A DNA stretch of 64,000 bases from Patescibacteria group bacterium. Its GTDB lineage: Bacteria; Patescibacteriota; Minisyncoccia; UBA6257; Colwellbacteraceae. Every line of letters begins with the position of its first letter. The stretch's first letter is position 1. The stretch spans positions 14,902 to 78,901 of the forward strand of contig JAMCQZ010000005.1 of NCBI GenBank assembly GCA_023380305.1. Direction: 5' to 3'. The notes under the pieces are model-generated. The model was given only the letters and a program-made list of their open reading frames with translations. It had not been told where the DNA came from and ran no database searches. A program made the translations under genes and the position numbers. This document shows, piece after piece, positions 46,001 through 54,946 of the stretch.

Positions 46001-47464
46001 CTATTGAATGTTCAGCCACCGATAAAAGACTCCCGCAGCCTTTTTATTTTTCAGTTTTTTAAACAGATAATCGAACGTCGCCGAATGCAGTTTACACCAA
46101 TCGTTCGACGGTCCGGCCGGAAATAGATCTCCGTAGATCATGTAGTTCATTACCGGACAAATACCGCAATAGGGCTTGTAAGCGCAATAATCACACTGGG
46201 TGTTATCGAGCGTCGAACACGCGAGTAAAGTCTTCGTTTTTTGGCTGTTAATGATCTTCTGGTAATATTTGGCGGACGTCATGCCTTTCTTCTGAAGATC
46301 GGCCAGATCGCCCACGGCAAAAGTATCGTCGCCGCACATTCTGCCCTCGTCGCAGGAATAAATTTTGCCATCATAATTATACAATATTTGCCCGGTAACG
46401 GCTCCGCATGGAGACCTGAGTTCGGTAAAACCCGGGTCGACTTCCTGCATGATTTTCTGCAGCATGATCCGGCTTCCGCGCTCGTAAAATTGCTTTCCTT
46501 GAAGGTTTAAATCGATGATATAATCGAGAGATTTTTTCCAAAATTTCAAAAATTCTTCTACAGAATAACCGATGCGGTTTTTCGCTTCGCCAGCCGCTCC
46601 AAGATAACTGAGCCTTCTCAGATGGACCCCTTCGAATCCCCATTTCAAATATTCATCCACGATCTCCTTGGGATATTTCAAAGATTCTTTTGAAATGGTC
46701 ACGAGAGCGGACAAATGATAGATATCCCTGCCGGACGCCTGTCTCTCGCCCTCTATTTTTTTAATCTTATCGATCCAATCGGAAGTCACTTTATAGCTGC
46801 TTTTGCCGGGAAACGGCCGGTTGAGATTGTGAACTTCTTCCGGGCCGTCCAAGGAAGTGCAAACCGAAACCCGATTGTCGGCCAAAAAATCGAATTTTTC
46901 CTTGTCCATCAAGCTCAAGTTGGTAACGAGACTGATAAGCAAGATTTTCCGGATCTTTTCGTTCTTTTTGCGGCTGTATTCGACGATGAATTTGACCACG
47001 GGCCAGTTTACTAAAGGCTCCCCTCCCTGAAATTCAATGGTGATAACCTGGCTCGGTGATTCAAAAATCATATCCACCGCCCGCTTGGCGGTTTTAAGAT
47101 TCATGTCGTAGCCTTTCGACGTCAAGTCCCGAGAGCTCGCCTGGCAATACACGCATTTATAATTGCACCTCAAGGTGGTAACGATAATATGCAAAGACGG
47201 CCCTTGAAACAGAAAAGCCGATCTATTTTGATATCGCGTGATTGATTTTGTTAAATCCCAATCGTCTTTTAAAAAACCCTTGGCCCTCAATTGGTCATAT
47301 AAATTGGTATCTGGCTTTATCTTCCCCCGAGTAAAACTGGAAAATTCGTCCGGGGACAAAAAAAGATGATGTCCTGTATCGTTGGTAATCAGATAATCTT
47401 TATCGATTTTTTTGAATCGAAAAAAATTCGGTTTATCGGGATTTAATTTTAATGGTTTGGGCAT
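46001..47464 (-). CDS. hxsB: His-Xaa-Ser system radical SAM maturase HxsB
   Basis: FFRFKK...YLITNDTG, PSLHIIVTTLRCNYKCVYCQAS, IEFQGGEPL, ELRSPCGA..GQ..YNYDG.IY.CDEGRM, CDYCAYKPYCG.CPV. Confidence 0.93.
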   Translation of the reverse strand: MPKPLKLNPDKPNFFRFKKIDKDYLITNDTGHHLFLSPDEFSSFTRGKIKPDTNLYDQLRAKGFLKDDWDLTKSITRYQNRSAFLFQGPSLHIIVTTLRCNYKCVYCQASSRDLTSKGYDMNLKTAKRAVDMIFESPSQVITIEFQGGEPLVNWPVVKFIVEYSRKKNEKIRKILLISLVTNLSLMDKEKFDFLADNRVSVCTSLDGPEEVHNLNRPFPGKSSYKVTSDWIDKIKKIEGERQASGRDIYHLSALVTISKESLKYPKEIVDEYLKWGFEGVHLRRLSYLGAAGEAKNRIGYSVEEFLKFWKKSLDYIIDLNLQGKQFYERGSRIMLQKIMQEVDPGFTELRSPCGAVTGQILYNYDGKIYSCDEGRMCGDDTFAVGDLADLQKKGMTSAKYYQKIINSQKTKTLLACSTLDNTQCDYCAYKPYCGICPVMNYMIYGDLFPAGPSNDWCKLHSATFDYLFKKLKNKKAAGVFYRWLNIQ

Positions 47465-47465
47465 T

Positions 47466-47717
47466 CTATAAAATGGCTTTCATTTCCGCCAAGGCGCGAT
47501 TTGCTATTTCATCGGCGATCAGGCTGGCGTCAAACGGCTTCTTGTCCTTTACAAAGACACTCACGTTGATCGACGCTCTGGCGTCGTCGATCTCCAAACG
47601 AGCCAGGCCCTTAAATTGTCTGGCTGCTTTTGCCACGGATTCACGATTATAAAACTTTTTGTTGAAACGGATCAATCTCCCCGGCTGGACCCTTGAAGCA
47701 GTTGATTTGAGCGTCAT
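47466..47717 (-). CDS. HxsD-like small protein
   Basis: F.K.FY..E.V..A...F...EIANRAL pattern parallels the HxsD core; lies between hxsD and hxsB. Confidence 0.7.
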   Translation of the reverse strand: MTLKSTASRVQPGRLIRFNKKFYNRESVAKAARQFKGLARLEIDDARASINVSVFVKDKKPFDASLIADEIANRALAEMKAIL

Positions 47718-47720
47718 CGG

Positions 47721-48287
47721 TTATTTTTTCGCTTTCTGCGTTTTTTTCTTCTCCGCCGTTTCCGCGTTTGAGACAGAAGCGGAATCGGCCGCGTATTTTT
47801 CCTCCCAAGGAACGGCAATCTGCATCGGGTCTTCTTCCCAGGCCTCGGACTGGTCCGCTGCCGCTACCCCGGCCTCGTCCTCCACAACCGGCAATTCTTC
47901 GGGGTTAATGTCTTCATCTTCCTCCGTCTCTGTTACCGGAAATACGTTTATCTCTCCCGAAGCCCCGAGAAGGGCGGCGCCGACGATATATTCCCTCAAC
48001 TTAGCGTTTCTTTTTACGATCTGCTGACGGAGACTGTAATTAACGAGCTCATTTAAAAATTCTGATTTTATTTCCCGACTATCGCCGAAGCTCGCCTCAT
48101 CCTTGCTTTTTAAGCTAACAATGATCTTCTTGTCCGGATCGCCGTCCAAAAAAACATAAGCCCTGTCCAGAAAAACATAAGCGGCGCCGTAAATCGCTTC
48201 CAACGGATAAATCTTAGGATTGACGACAACTTTAATTTCTTTGTTTTCGGGTTGAGATTTTTTAACCGTATTCTTCCGTTTTGTCAT
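47721..48287 (-). CDS. hxsD: His-Xaa-Ser system protein HxsD with acidic tail
   Basis: IYPLEAIYGAAYVFLDRAYV, EFLNELVNYSLRQQI..RN..LREYI...AL. Confidence 0.85.
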   Translation of the reverse strand: MTKRKNTVKKSQPENKEIKVVVNPKIYPLEAIYGAAYVFLDRAYVFLDGDPDKKIIVSLKSKDEASFGDSREIKSEFLNELVNYSLRQQIVKRNAKLREYIVGAALLGASGEINVFPVTETEEDEDINPEELPVVEDEAGVAAADQSEAWEEDPMQIAVPWEEKYAADSASVSNAETAEKKKTQKAKK

Positions 48288-48298
48288 AAGAATAGAAA

Positions 48299-49459
48299 TT
48301 AGATCGGATTACTGACTTTACAACAAAGCATATACCCGGAAGTCAATGCTACACCAGACCAGGTGTAAAAACCAGAGGGACAGGAGGTAGTGCCGCCGCC
48401 GCTCGTGTAAGCGACTAAATTACAAATGTTGGCGTTCCCGGTAACCGTCAAGGTGCCGTCGATCGAGGCGTTATTGTCTCCGGGGTCGGTGTCTCCGCCG
48501 ACATGCAAACCGCCGTTAATAGCAAGTTTGGCCACCGGATTGGTCGTGCCAACGCCGACGTTTCCGTTAGTCAATACCAGGATGTTGCTGAATTGGTCGG
48601 CGCCGGTGCTTTTATTTATATATGACCAAATTAATGAGCCGCTAGTCACGGCGGTTCCCACGGTATGTAATTTGTAAGAATAAGTGGTGTCCTGATCAAA
48701 CAACACACCTCCTGCGCCAGCCACGGAAGTGCTATTCTGAAAACGAGCGGTATAGCTGGTCGCCGTATTCCCCGCAGAAGCAACCTGCAGTTTTGCTCCG
48801 GGAGCGGACGTCCCGATGCCGATGTTACCGCCGCTAGGCGCAATTATAATGTCGCCTTTCGTGGCATTTGTGGTGGAATCTAAAGTAAGCTTCCCAGAAG
48901 CGTCATTGCTGCCGAAAACACTTAAACTATTGCCCGTGCCGAAAGCGTTGATTTGGGAATTTGTCGCGCTTCCGGAAAGAATTAATCCGTTAGTACCGGA
49001 AGCTCCATAAATTCTAAGATTCTGATCATTAACGGCTCCATTATATATAATCAAGGTGTTGTTCTGAGGTTGAATATGCGTATATGAAGCGCTCGTGGAA
49101 TCAGAAATACGCTTATTGCCATTCAACATAATATCGTTGCCACCGATATTTAAGTCGCCCGCCGTTGTCACCGAATAACTGGTCGATGGCGCCACGCCTA
49201 CCCCCAGGTAAGTGCCGATTTTTGCGTTACCATTAACATCCAGATTATATCCTGGAGTCGCCGTTCCAATGCCAACAGTTCCGTCAGCTTTGATGTAGAT
49301 TACGTTCGCTGGCGCCCCAGACTCGATCACAAAACTGCCTCCACCCGCAGGCGGCAAAGCCGTCGGATCCTGCCAAGCCAAGGCCACGGGTTGAGCCGCC
49401 AGCCCAAAAATCGACCCGATGCTCAAAAAAACGACAGCAACGATGATTTTCTTATTCAT
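48299..49459 (-). CDS. secreted fibre/adhesin-like protein with GNVGIGT repeats
   Basis: Signal peptide ending ALA-WQDPTALPP; GTVGIGTATP, GNIGIGTSAP, GNVGVGTTNP repeats; Cys-rich C-terminal tip. Confidence 0.75.
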   Translation of the reverse strand: MNKKIIVAVVFLSIGSIFGLAAQPVALAWQDPTALPPAGGGSFVIESGAPANVIYIKADGTVGIGTATPGYNLDVNGNAKIGTYLGVGVAPSTSYSVTTAGDLNIGGNDIMLNGNKRISDSTSASYTHIQPQNNTLIIYNGAVNDQNLRIYGASGTNGLILSGSATNSQINAFGTGNSLSVFGSNDASGKLTLDSTTNATKGDIIIAPSGGNIGIGTSAPGAKLQVASAGNTATSYTARFQNSTSVAGAGGVLFDQDTTYSYKLHTVGTAVTSGSLIWSYINKSTGADQFSNILVLTNGNVGVGTTNPVAKLAINGGLHVGGDTDPGDNNASIDGTLTVTGNANICNLVAYTSGGGTTSCPSGFYTWSGVALTSGYMLCCKVSNPI

Positions 49460-49494
49460 ATCTTTATGTATATAAAGACGGATCTCTTTAATAA

Positions 49495-49500
49495 ATTATA
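49495..49500 (-). promoter_or_regulatory. putative -10 element of the Hxs cluster
   Basis: TATAAT on minus strand 35 nt upstream of the fibre gene start. Confidence 0.45.
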
Positions 49501-49619
49501 CATCAAAAACCCCGAAAAGCGTGGGGATAACCCTATTTGCTGCGATAAAAAGGAGCGCAAAATCCGAAATCCCAAATCTGAAAGATGAAGATGAGACTCA
49601 AAGCCTTATAAAATGGAAT

Positions 49620-50306
49620 CTATTTCATTTTTTGCAGCGCTTCCTTGGCCGCTGCTATTTCCGCTTCTTGTTTGGAAGCGCCCGTGCCTTCGCCTTTCAG
49701 CTCGTCTCCAAAATAGACTCCGACCGAAAATACCCTCGCATGATCCGGACCAGACTCGGACAGAAGCTTATAGACCGGAGTCAATTTCAATTCGGCCTGG
49801 CTTATCTCTTGCAGCAGGCTTTTCGGATCTTTATAAAGCTGCTTCTTTTCTATTTCCTCGAGGTGAGAAAGCACGAACCGCAAGACGAATTTGTCAGCGG
49901 CTTCGAATCCCTGATCGACATAGACTGCGCCGGTCAGGGCCTCAAAGGCATCGGCTAAAATAGTCTCCATGGCCCGACCCGCCATCTGGGCCTCGCCCCT
50001 TGAAACCAAAAGATGATCACGGAGGCCGACTTCCTCTTCCGCGATTTTTGAAAGCATCTTCGTATTTACCAGGGCGGCCCGAAGCAAGGTAAGCAATCCC
50101 TCCTCGAATCTTGGTCGAGTCTTCCAAAGGTATTCGGTCGTGATAAGTTCCAAAACGGCGTCGCCCAAAAATTCCAGACGTTCGTTTTGAGGCAATTTCC
50201 AAGAAGGATTTTCGTTTAAATACGAACGATGGGTCAGCGCTTCCTTGAGAAGGTTTTCGTTTTTAAAATAAACGCCGATCTTATTTTCCAAAGAAACGAT
50301 ATCCAT
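49620..50306 (-). CDS. rnc: ribonuclease III
   Basis: ALTHRSY, NERLEFLGDAVL, DPKSLLQE, GPDH dsRBD. Confidence 0.97.
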   Translation of the reverse strand: MDIVSLENKIGVYFKNENLLKEALTHRSYLNENPSWKLPQNERLEFLGDAVLELITTEYLWKTRPRFEEGLLTLLRAALVNTKMLSKIAEEEVGLRDHLLVSRGEAQMAGRAMETILADAFEALTGAVYVDQGFEAADKFVLRFVLSHLEEIEKKQLYKDPKSLLQEISQAELKLTPVYKLLSESGPDHARVFSVGVYFGDELKGEGTGASKQEAEIAAAKEALQKMK

Positions 50307-50333
50307 GTTGTTAAGCCGATGTTAAAATCCGGT

Positions 50334-50825
50334 TTATTCCGCCCCCGCGGCGTTTTTACCGCCGGCCGCGGCTTCGCGCTCTTTTTTGGTCGGTTCGCCC
50401 TTGTCCGGCTCGCCGATCTCCCGATAGATCGTTCCCAAAACCCCGTTGATGAATTTTCCGGAGTTGGGACCGCCGTAAGCCTTGGCGAGTTCGATCGCTT
50501 CGTTGATAGCCACCCTCGGCGGCACCTCGTTCCGATCGGCAAAAAGAAGCTCGTAAAGTCCGACCCGTAAAACGTTCCGGTCGATGGGAGCAATTTGATT
50601 GATTGGCCATTCAGGAGCGGCCTTGACGATGATGGCGTCGAGATCCGGCATCTTTTGAATCACGCCGGATGAAAGTTTTTTAATAAAGTCCCTTTCGTCG
50701 GTGTCCGGAAAAAATTCCTTGATGTTTCTTTCAAGGATAGCATCGAGATTCCCCCTCTGGCCGCCGAAATCCCATTCGTAAAGCGACTGTAGAACGATTG
50801 ATCTTCCTATTTGGCGAGCGGACAC
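50334..50825 (-). CDS. nusB: transcription antitermination factor NusB
   Basis: [28 protein letters not shown]...[10 protein letters not shown]. Confidence 0.96.
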   Translation of the reverse strand: MSARQIGRSIVLQSLYEWDFGGQRGNLDAILERNIKEFFPDTDERDFIKKLSSGVIQKMPDLDAIIVKAAPEWPINQIAPIDRNVLRVGLYELLFADRNEVPPRVAINEAIELAKAYGGPNSGKFINGVLGTIYREIGEPDKGEPTKKEREAAAGGKNAAGAE

Positions 50826-50863
50826 GTTGGTGGCTTAAAAGTTAAAAAACAAAGATTGGTCGA

Positions 50864-51013
50864 TTATTTGTAAAATCCGCAATTGGGGCAAGCGCGATGG
50901 GGAGCGACCGGAGCGCCGCATTTCTTGCAAACCCCGACGGTCGCCTTGGTCTTCGCGAGATGCGAGCGCCGGCGTCCGACTTTCGATTTCGAGTGGTGTT
51001 TTACTGGAGGCAT
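50864..51013 (-). CDS. rpmF: 50S ribosomal protein L32 (Zn-ribbon form)
   Basis: Not in ORF track. MPPVKHHSKSKVGRRRSHLAKTKATVGVCKKCGAPVAPHRACPNCGFYK. Confidence 0.93.
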   Translation of the reverse strand: MPPVKHHSKSKVGRRRSHLAKTKATVGVCKKCGAPVAPHRACPNCGFYK

Positions 51014-51055
51014 TTTGTGATTATCTTTTATTAATCGGCCCGAATCTGGGCCCTC

Positions 51056-51739
51056 TTATTTAGGCTTTATATTATTGCAATTTTCCAAAAACGTCAATCG
51101 GTGAATCGGACTCGGACCGTGCCGCCGGATGGCTTCGATATGCTCTTTCGTGCCGTAACCCTTGTGTCTTATAAAATTGTACGCCGGATAGTCTTTGTGT
51201 TTAAGATCCATATAGCAGTCCCGCGAAACTTTGGCGACGATCGAGGCCAGTTTTATGGCGACGAATCTTTCATCGCCGGAGACGACCGTCTTTACGGATC
51301 TTATCAAAACCTTTTTAAAATCGCGGCCGGCGACGGTCTCCTGCCAATGCCTGCTTTTCAAATAAAGTCCGCCGTCCAAATAAATTCTCACTTCCGATGT
51401 TTGCCGCGATTTCGAAAGCTCGCTACAGATTTTCCGACACGACTTATAAGCGGCGGCGTTTGCCGCGTTCGCAATATTCATCTTGTCGATCTTCCGGGGA
51501 TAAATCCGGCTTGTCGCGTAAACGATCCGAAGGCGGGAAGACGACGGACGATGAACGGCTTGATATTCCAACCATTTTTTCCACTTTTTCCTTTCTCCGG
51601 CCGAAAGCCGCTTCGAGTCTTTAAGCTTCAAGGGCCCGGCTTTCGGCTTGAATCCGGCCGGCAAAAGACAGGCGCCGACGCAGACTGGCCCGGCCAAGGG
51701 ACCGCGGCCGACTTCGTCAACGCCAAGGATGTATTTCAT
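51056..51739 (-). CDS. rnhB: ribonuclease HII
   Basis: GVDEVGRGPLAGPV, LKDSKRL, ASIVAKVSRD, HKGYGT, HRLTF. Start moved to ATG at 51739. Confidence 0.95.
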   Translation of the reverse strand: MKYILGVDEVGRGPLAGPVCVGACLLPAGFKPKAGPLKLKDSKRLSAGERKKWKKWLEYQAVHRPSSSRLRIVYATSRIYPRKIDKMNIANAANAAAYKSCRKICSELSKSRQTSEVRIYLDGGLYLKSRHWQETVAGRDFKKVLIRSVKTVVSGDERFVAIKLASIVAKVSRDCYMDLKHKDYPAYNFIRHKGYGTKEHIEAIRRHGPSPIHRLTFLENCNNIKPK

Positions 51740-51789
51740 AAAATAATGCGGCCGATGATCGCCGGTTTGGAACCCGCAAAAAGTCGCTC

Positions 51790-51799
51790 TATAATTATA
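51790..51799. promoter_or_regulatory. overlapping divergent -10 elements for dnaE and rnhB
   Basis: TATAATTATA gives TATAAT on both strands; the plus-strand copy is 7 nt before the dnaE ATG. Confidence 0.55.
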
Positions 51800-51802
51800 C
51801 CA

Positions 51803-54800
51803 ATGAAATTCGTCCATCTGCATACCCACAGCCATTATTCTCTCCTCGACGGATTGTCGAAGATAGACGACCTTGTTAATTACGCCAAAGAACTGGGAAT
51901 GGATGCTCTGGCCGTCACCGATCACGGCAACATGTATGCCGCCGTGGAGTTTTACAAAAAAGCCAAAGCCGCGGGACTAAAGCCAGTCATCGGCGCGGAG
52001 CTTTATGTCGCTTTCGGATCGCGATTTTCCAAAAACGCCAAAGTGGACAATATCCGCTATCACCTGACACTGCTCGTTAAGAACGAAACCGGCTACAAAA
52101 ATCTCGTCAAATTGGTCACGGCAGCGAATCTTGAAGGTTTTTATTACAAACCGCGCATCGACCACGAACTCATCGAAAAACACCACGAAGGATTGATCTG
52201 CCTTTCCGGATGCTTCACCGGAGAGATCTCGAGGCTGCTCGAATTTGGCAAGACCGAAGAAGCCAAAGAAGTCGCCCTGTTTTATAAAAACCTTTTTGCC
52301 GACGATTTTTACATCGAAATCCAACAGCATTCCGGAGAGACTCGGCCGAAGCTCATCAAGCTCGCGAACGAGCTCCAAATACCCCTGGTCGCCACCCAGG
52401 ATTCCCATTATCTGCGACCGGAAGACAAAGCCACCCACGAAGTGCTTCTCGCCATCCAGACCCAAAACCAGTTCGACGACGAGAAAAGGCTGACGATGAA
52501 AGACTTCGACCTTTCGCTCACTTCACCCGAAAGGATGGCCGAGCTTTTTTCAGACGTTCCCGAAGCCCTGGAGAACACCATAAAAATAGCCGACAAATGC
52601 AATTTCGAATTCGAGCTTGGTAAAAACAAACTGCCGGCCTATCCAATCCCCGAAGGAGAAACTCCCCTCTCTTATTTGAAGAAGCTGATCGACGAACGGA
52701 TCAAGGAACGTTTTTCGGAAATCACGCCGGAAATCAAAGAAAGGCTAGAATATGAGCTTTCCGTCATCGAGCAGACGGGGTTTGCCAGCTATTTGTTGAT
52801 CGTCCAGGATTTCGTCCGCTGGGCTAAAAGCCACGGCATCGTCGTCGGCCCGGGCAGGGGCTCGGCCGCTTCAAGCATCATCGTTTATATCCTCGGCATC
52901 ACCGAGGTCAACCCCCTTCCCTACGGGTTGCTTTTCGAAAGATTTTTGAATCCGGCGAGAATTCAGATGCCCGATATCGACATGGATTTTGCTGATACGA
53001 GACGGGAAGAAGTCATCGGCTATGTCAAAGAAAAATACGGCGAAGACCGCGTCGCCCAAATCATCACTTTCGGAACCTTGGCCGCCCGCGCCGCCATCAG
53101 GGACGCCGGACGGGCTCTCGGATATCCCTATTCTTTTGTCGATCACATCGCCAAGCTCATTCCCTTCGAACCGAACCAAGGTAAATCCGACCACCAACTC
53201 GAGGAGCTCCTGGAGTCGAACGCCGAATTCCGCAAGGAATACGAAACCGATCCGGATATCAAAAAGATCGTCGACGCCGCCTCGAAACTCGAAGGAGTGG
53301 CGAGGCACGCTTCGGTTCACGCCGCGGGCGTCGTCATCACCGACAAACCGATCACCGAATACGCGCCTCTCCAGCGGTCGCCGCAAGATGAGACCGCTTC
53401 AATCACCCAATTCGAAATGCACGCCGTCGAAGACATGGGCCTCCTAAAAATGGATTTTTTGGGGCTCCGCAACCTGACCATCATCGAGGGCTGCCTCCGG
53501 TTGGTCAAGGAAAAAGGAGAATCCATTGAAATCAACAATCTCCCGTTGGACGATAGAGGCACCTTCGCCCTGCTCCAGGCCGGAGACAACGTCGGCGTGT
53601 TCCAATTCGAAGGCGCCGGCATGACGCGCTGGCTCATGGCCATGAAGGCCGACCGCTTCGAAGACCTGGTGGCCATGGTCGCCCTATTCCGCCCGGGCCC
53701 GATGGAACTTATTCCCTCCTACATCGCAAGAAAACAAGGACGCGAACCGATCACCTATCTTCATACGAAACTCCAACCGATCCTCGGCGGCACCTATGGC
53801 ATCATGATCTACCAGGAGCAGCTTCTGATGATCGCCCGCGAAATGGCGGGCTTCACCTACGGCGAAGCCGACGTTCTCCGCAAAGCCGTCGGTAAAAAGA
53901 TCAAATCCCTGCTCGACCAGCAAGCGGAAAAATTCATCTCCGGCGTCGAAAAGACTTTGGGCGACAAAAAACTCGGCGAGGATCTTTGGAAGCTGGCCGA
54001 GCCCTTCGCCCGATACGGATTCAACAAAGCCCACTCCGTCTGCTACGCCCTGATCGGCTATCAAACGGCTTACCTCAAGGCCCATTACCCGCAAGAGTTT
54101 ATGACGAGTCTTTTAAACAACGACTCTTCGGATGTGGAGCGCATCGCCGTTCTCGTCGCCGACTGCCGCCGCATGAAAATTCAAGTCTTATCCCCGGACG
54201 TCAATAAAAGCTACCCCGACTTTGTTCCGGAAGACCAAAACATCCGTTTCGGATTGTCGGCTATCAAAAATGTCGGCGTGGCCATCACCCAGGCTATCGT
54301 CGACGAACGGCTCCGCGGCGGACCGTTTTTAAACCTCGAAGATTTTATTTCAAGAATCAACCACAAAGATTTGAATAAGAAATCCCTGGAGAGCCTGATC
54401 AAGTGCGGAGCCATGGATTCTTTGGGCGTCGAAAGGAAAACCCTGCTTATGAATTTGGATGATATCATCAAGACCTTGAGCGCTTATCGCCGAAGCCTAA
54501 CTGCGAGCCAGACGAGCCTTTTCGGAGGCGCGCCGAAAATGACGATCAAGCTGACGCCGGTCGCCCCGGCGACGAATATGGAAAAACTCAATTGGGAAAA
54601 GGAACTTCTGGGACTCTTTGTCTCAGACCATCCTTTAAACGGATTCCAACACAACAACGACGGAGCGACGCCTTTGACCGAGATCAAGAATATCCGCGAT
54701 GGTTGGAGCGTCACTGTAACGGGCCTCGTTACCAAGATCCAAAAAATTAATACCAAAAACGGACAACCGATGTTGTTTGTAAAACTGGAGGATTTGAGCA

Positions 54801-54946
54801 ATAATGTGGAAATATTGGTCTTCAACGACACCCTCCAAAAAAAGCCCGATATCTGGAGAGAAAATGCAATTTTGGAGGTCAAAGGACGAGTTTCAAGAAA
54901 AAACGGAGAACCAAAAATAATATGCGAAACAGCAAAAATAATATAA
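51803..54946 (+). CDS. dnaE: DNA polymerase III alpha subunit
   Basis: FVHLHTHSHYSLLDG PHP domain, GPGRGSAA, MPDIDMD, YGFNKAHS. Start at MKFVHLH, not the ORF-track start. Confidence 0.97.
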   Translation: MKFVHLHTHSHYSLLDGLSKIDDLVNYAKELGMDALAVTDHGNMYAAVEFYKKAKAAGLKPVIGAELYVAFGSRFSKNAKVDNIRYHLTLLVKNETGYKNLVKLVTAANLEGFYYKPRIDHELIEKHHEGLICLSGCFTGEISRLLEFGKTEEAKEVALFYKNLFADDFYIEIQQHSGETRPKLIKLANELQIPLVATQDSHYLRPEDKATHEVLLAIQTQNQFDDEKRLTMKDFDLSLTSPERMAELFSDVPEALENTIKIADKCNFEFELGKNKLPAYPIPEGETPLSYLKKLIDERIKERFSEITPEIKERLEYELSVIEQTGFASYLLIVQDFVRWAKSHGIVVGPGRGSAASSIIVYILGITEVNPLPYGLLFERFLNPARIQMPDIDMDFADTRREEVIGYVKEKYGEDRVAQIITFGTLAARAAIRDAGRALGYPYSFVDHIAKLIPFEPNQGKSDHQLEELLESNAEFRKEYETDPDIKKIVDAASKLEGVARHASVHAAGVVITDKPITEYAPLQRSPQDETASITQFEMHAVEDMGLLKMDFLGLRNLTIIEGCLRLVKEKGESIEINNLPLDDRGTFALLQAGDNVGVFQFEGAGMTRWLMAMKADRFEDLVAMVALFRPGPMELIPSYIARKQGREPITYLHTKLQPILGGTYGIMIYQEQLLMIAREMAGFTYGEADVLRKAVGKKIKSLLDQQAEKFISGVEKTLGDKKLGEDLWKLAEPFARYGFNKAHSVCYALIGYQTAYLKAHYPQEFMTSLLNNDSSDVERIAVLVADCRRMKIQVLSPDVNKSYPDFVPEDQNIRFGLSAIKNVGVAITQAIVDERLRGGPFLNLEDFISRINHKDLNKKSLESLIKCGAMDSLGVERKTLLMNLDDIIKTLSAYRRSLTASQTSLFGGAPKMTIKLTPVAPATNMEKLNWEKELLGLFVSDHPLNGFQHNNDGATPLTEIKNIRDGWSVTVTGLVTKIQKINTKNGQPMLFVKLEDLSNNVEILVFNDTLQKKPDIWRENAILEVKGRVSRKNGEPKIICETAKII

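Noticed and set aside
48299-49459. Prophage tail fibre
   Set aside because: It has a Sec-type signal peptide and there are no other phage genes nearby
51101-51802. N-terminal extension of DnaE in the ORF track (1281 aa)
   Set aside because: It is the antisense of rnhB; the real start is MKFVHLH at 51803 after a -10 box
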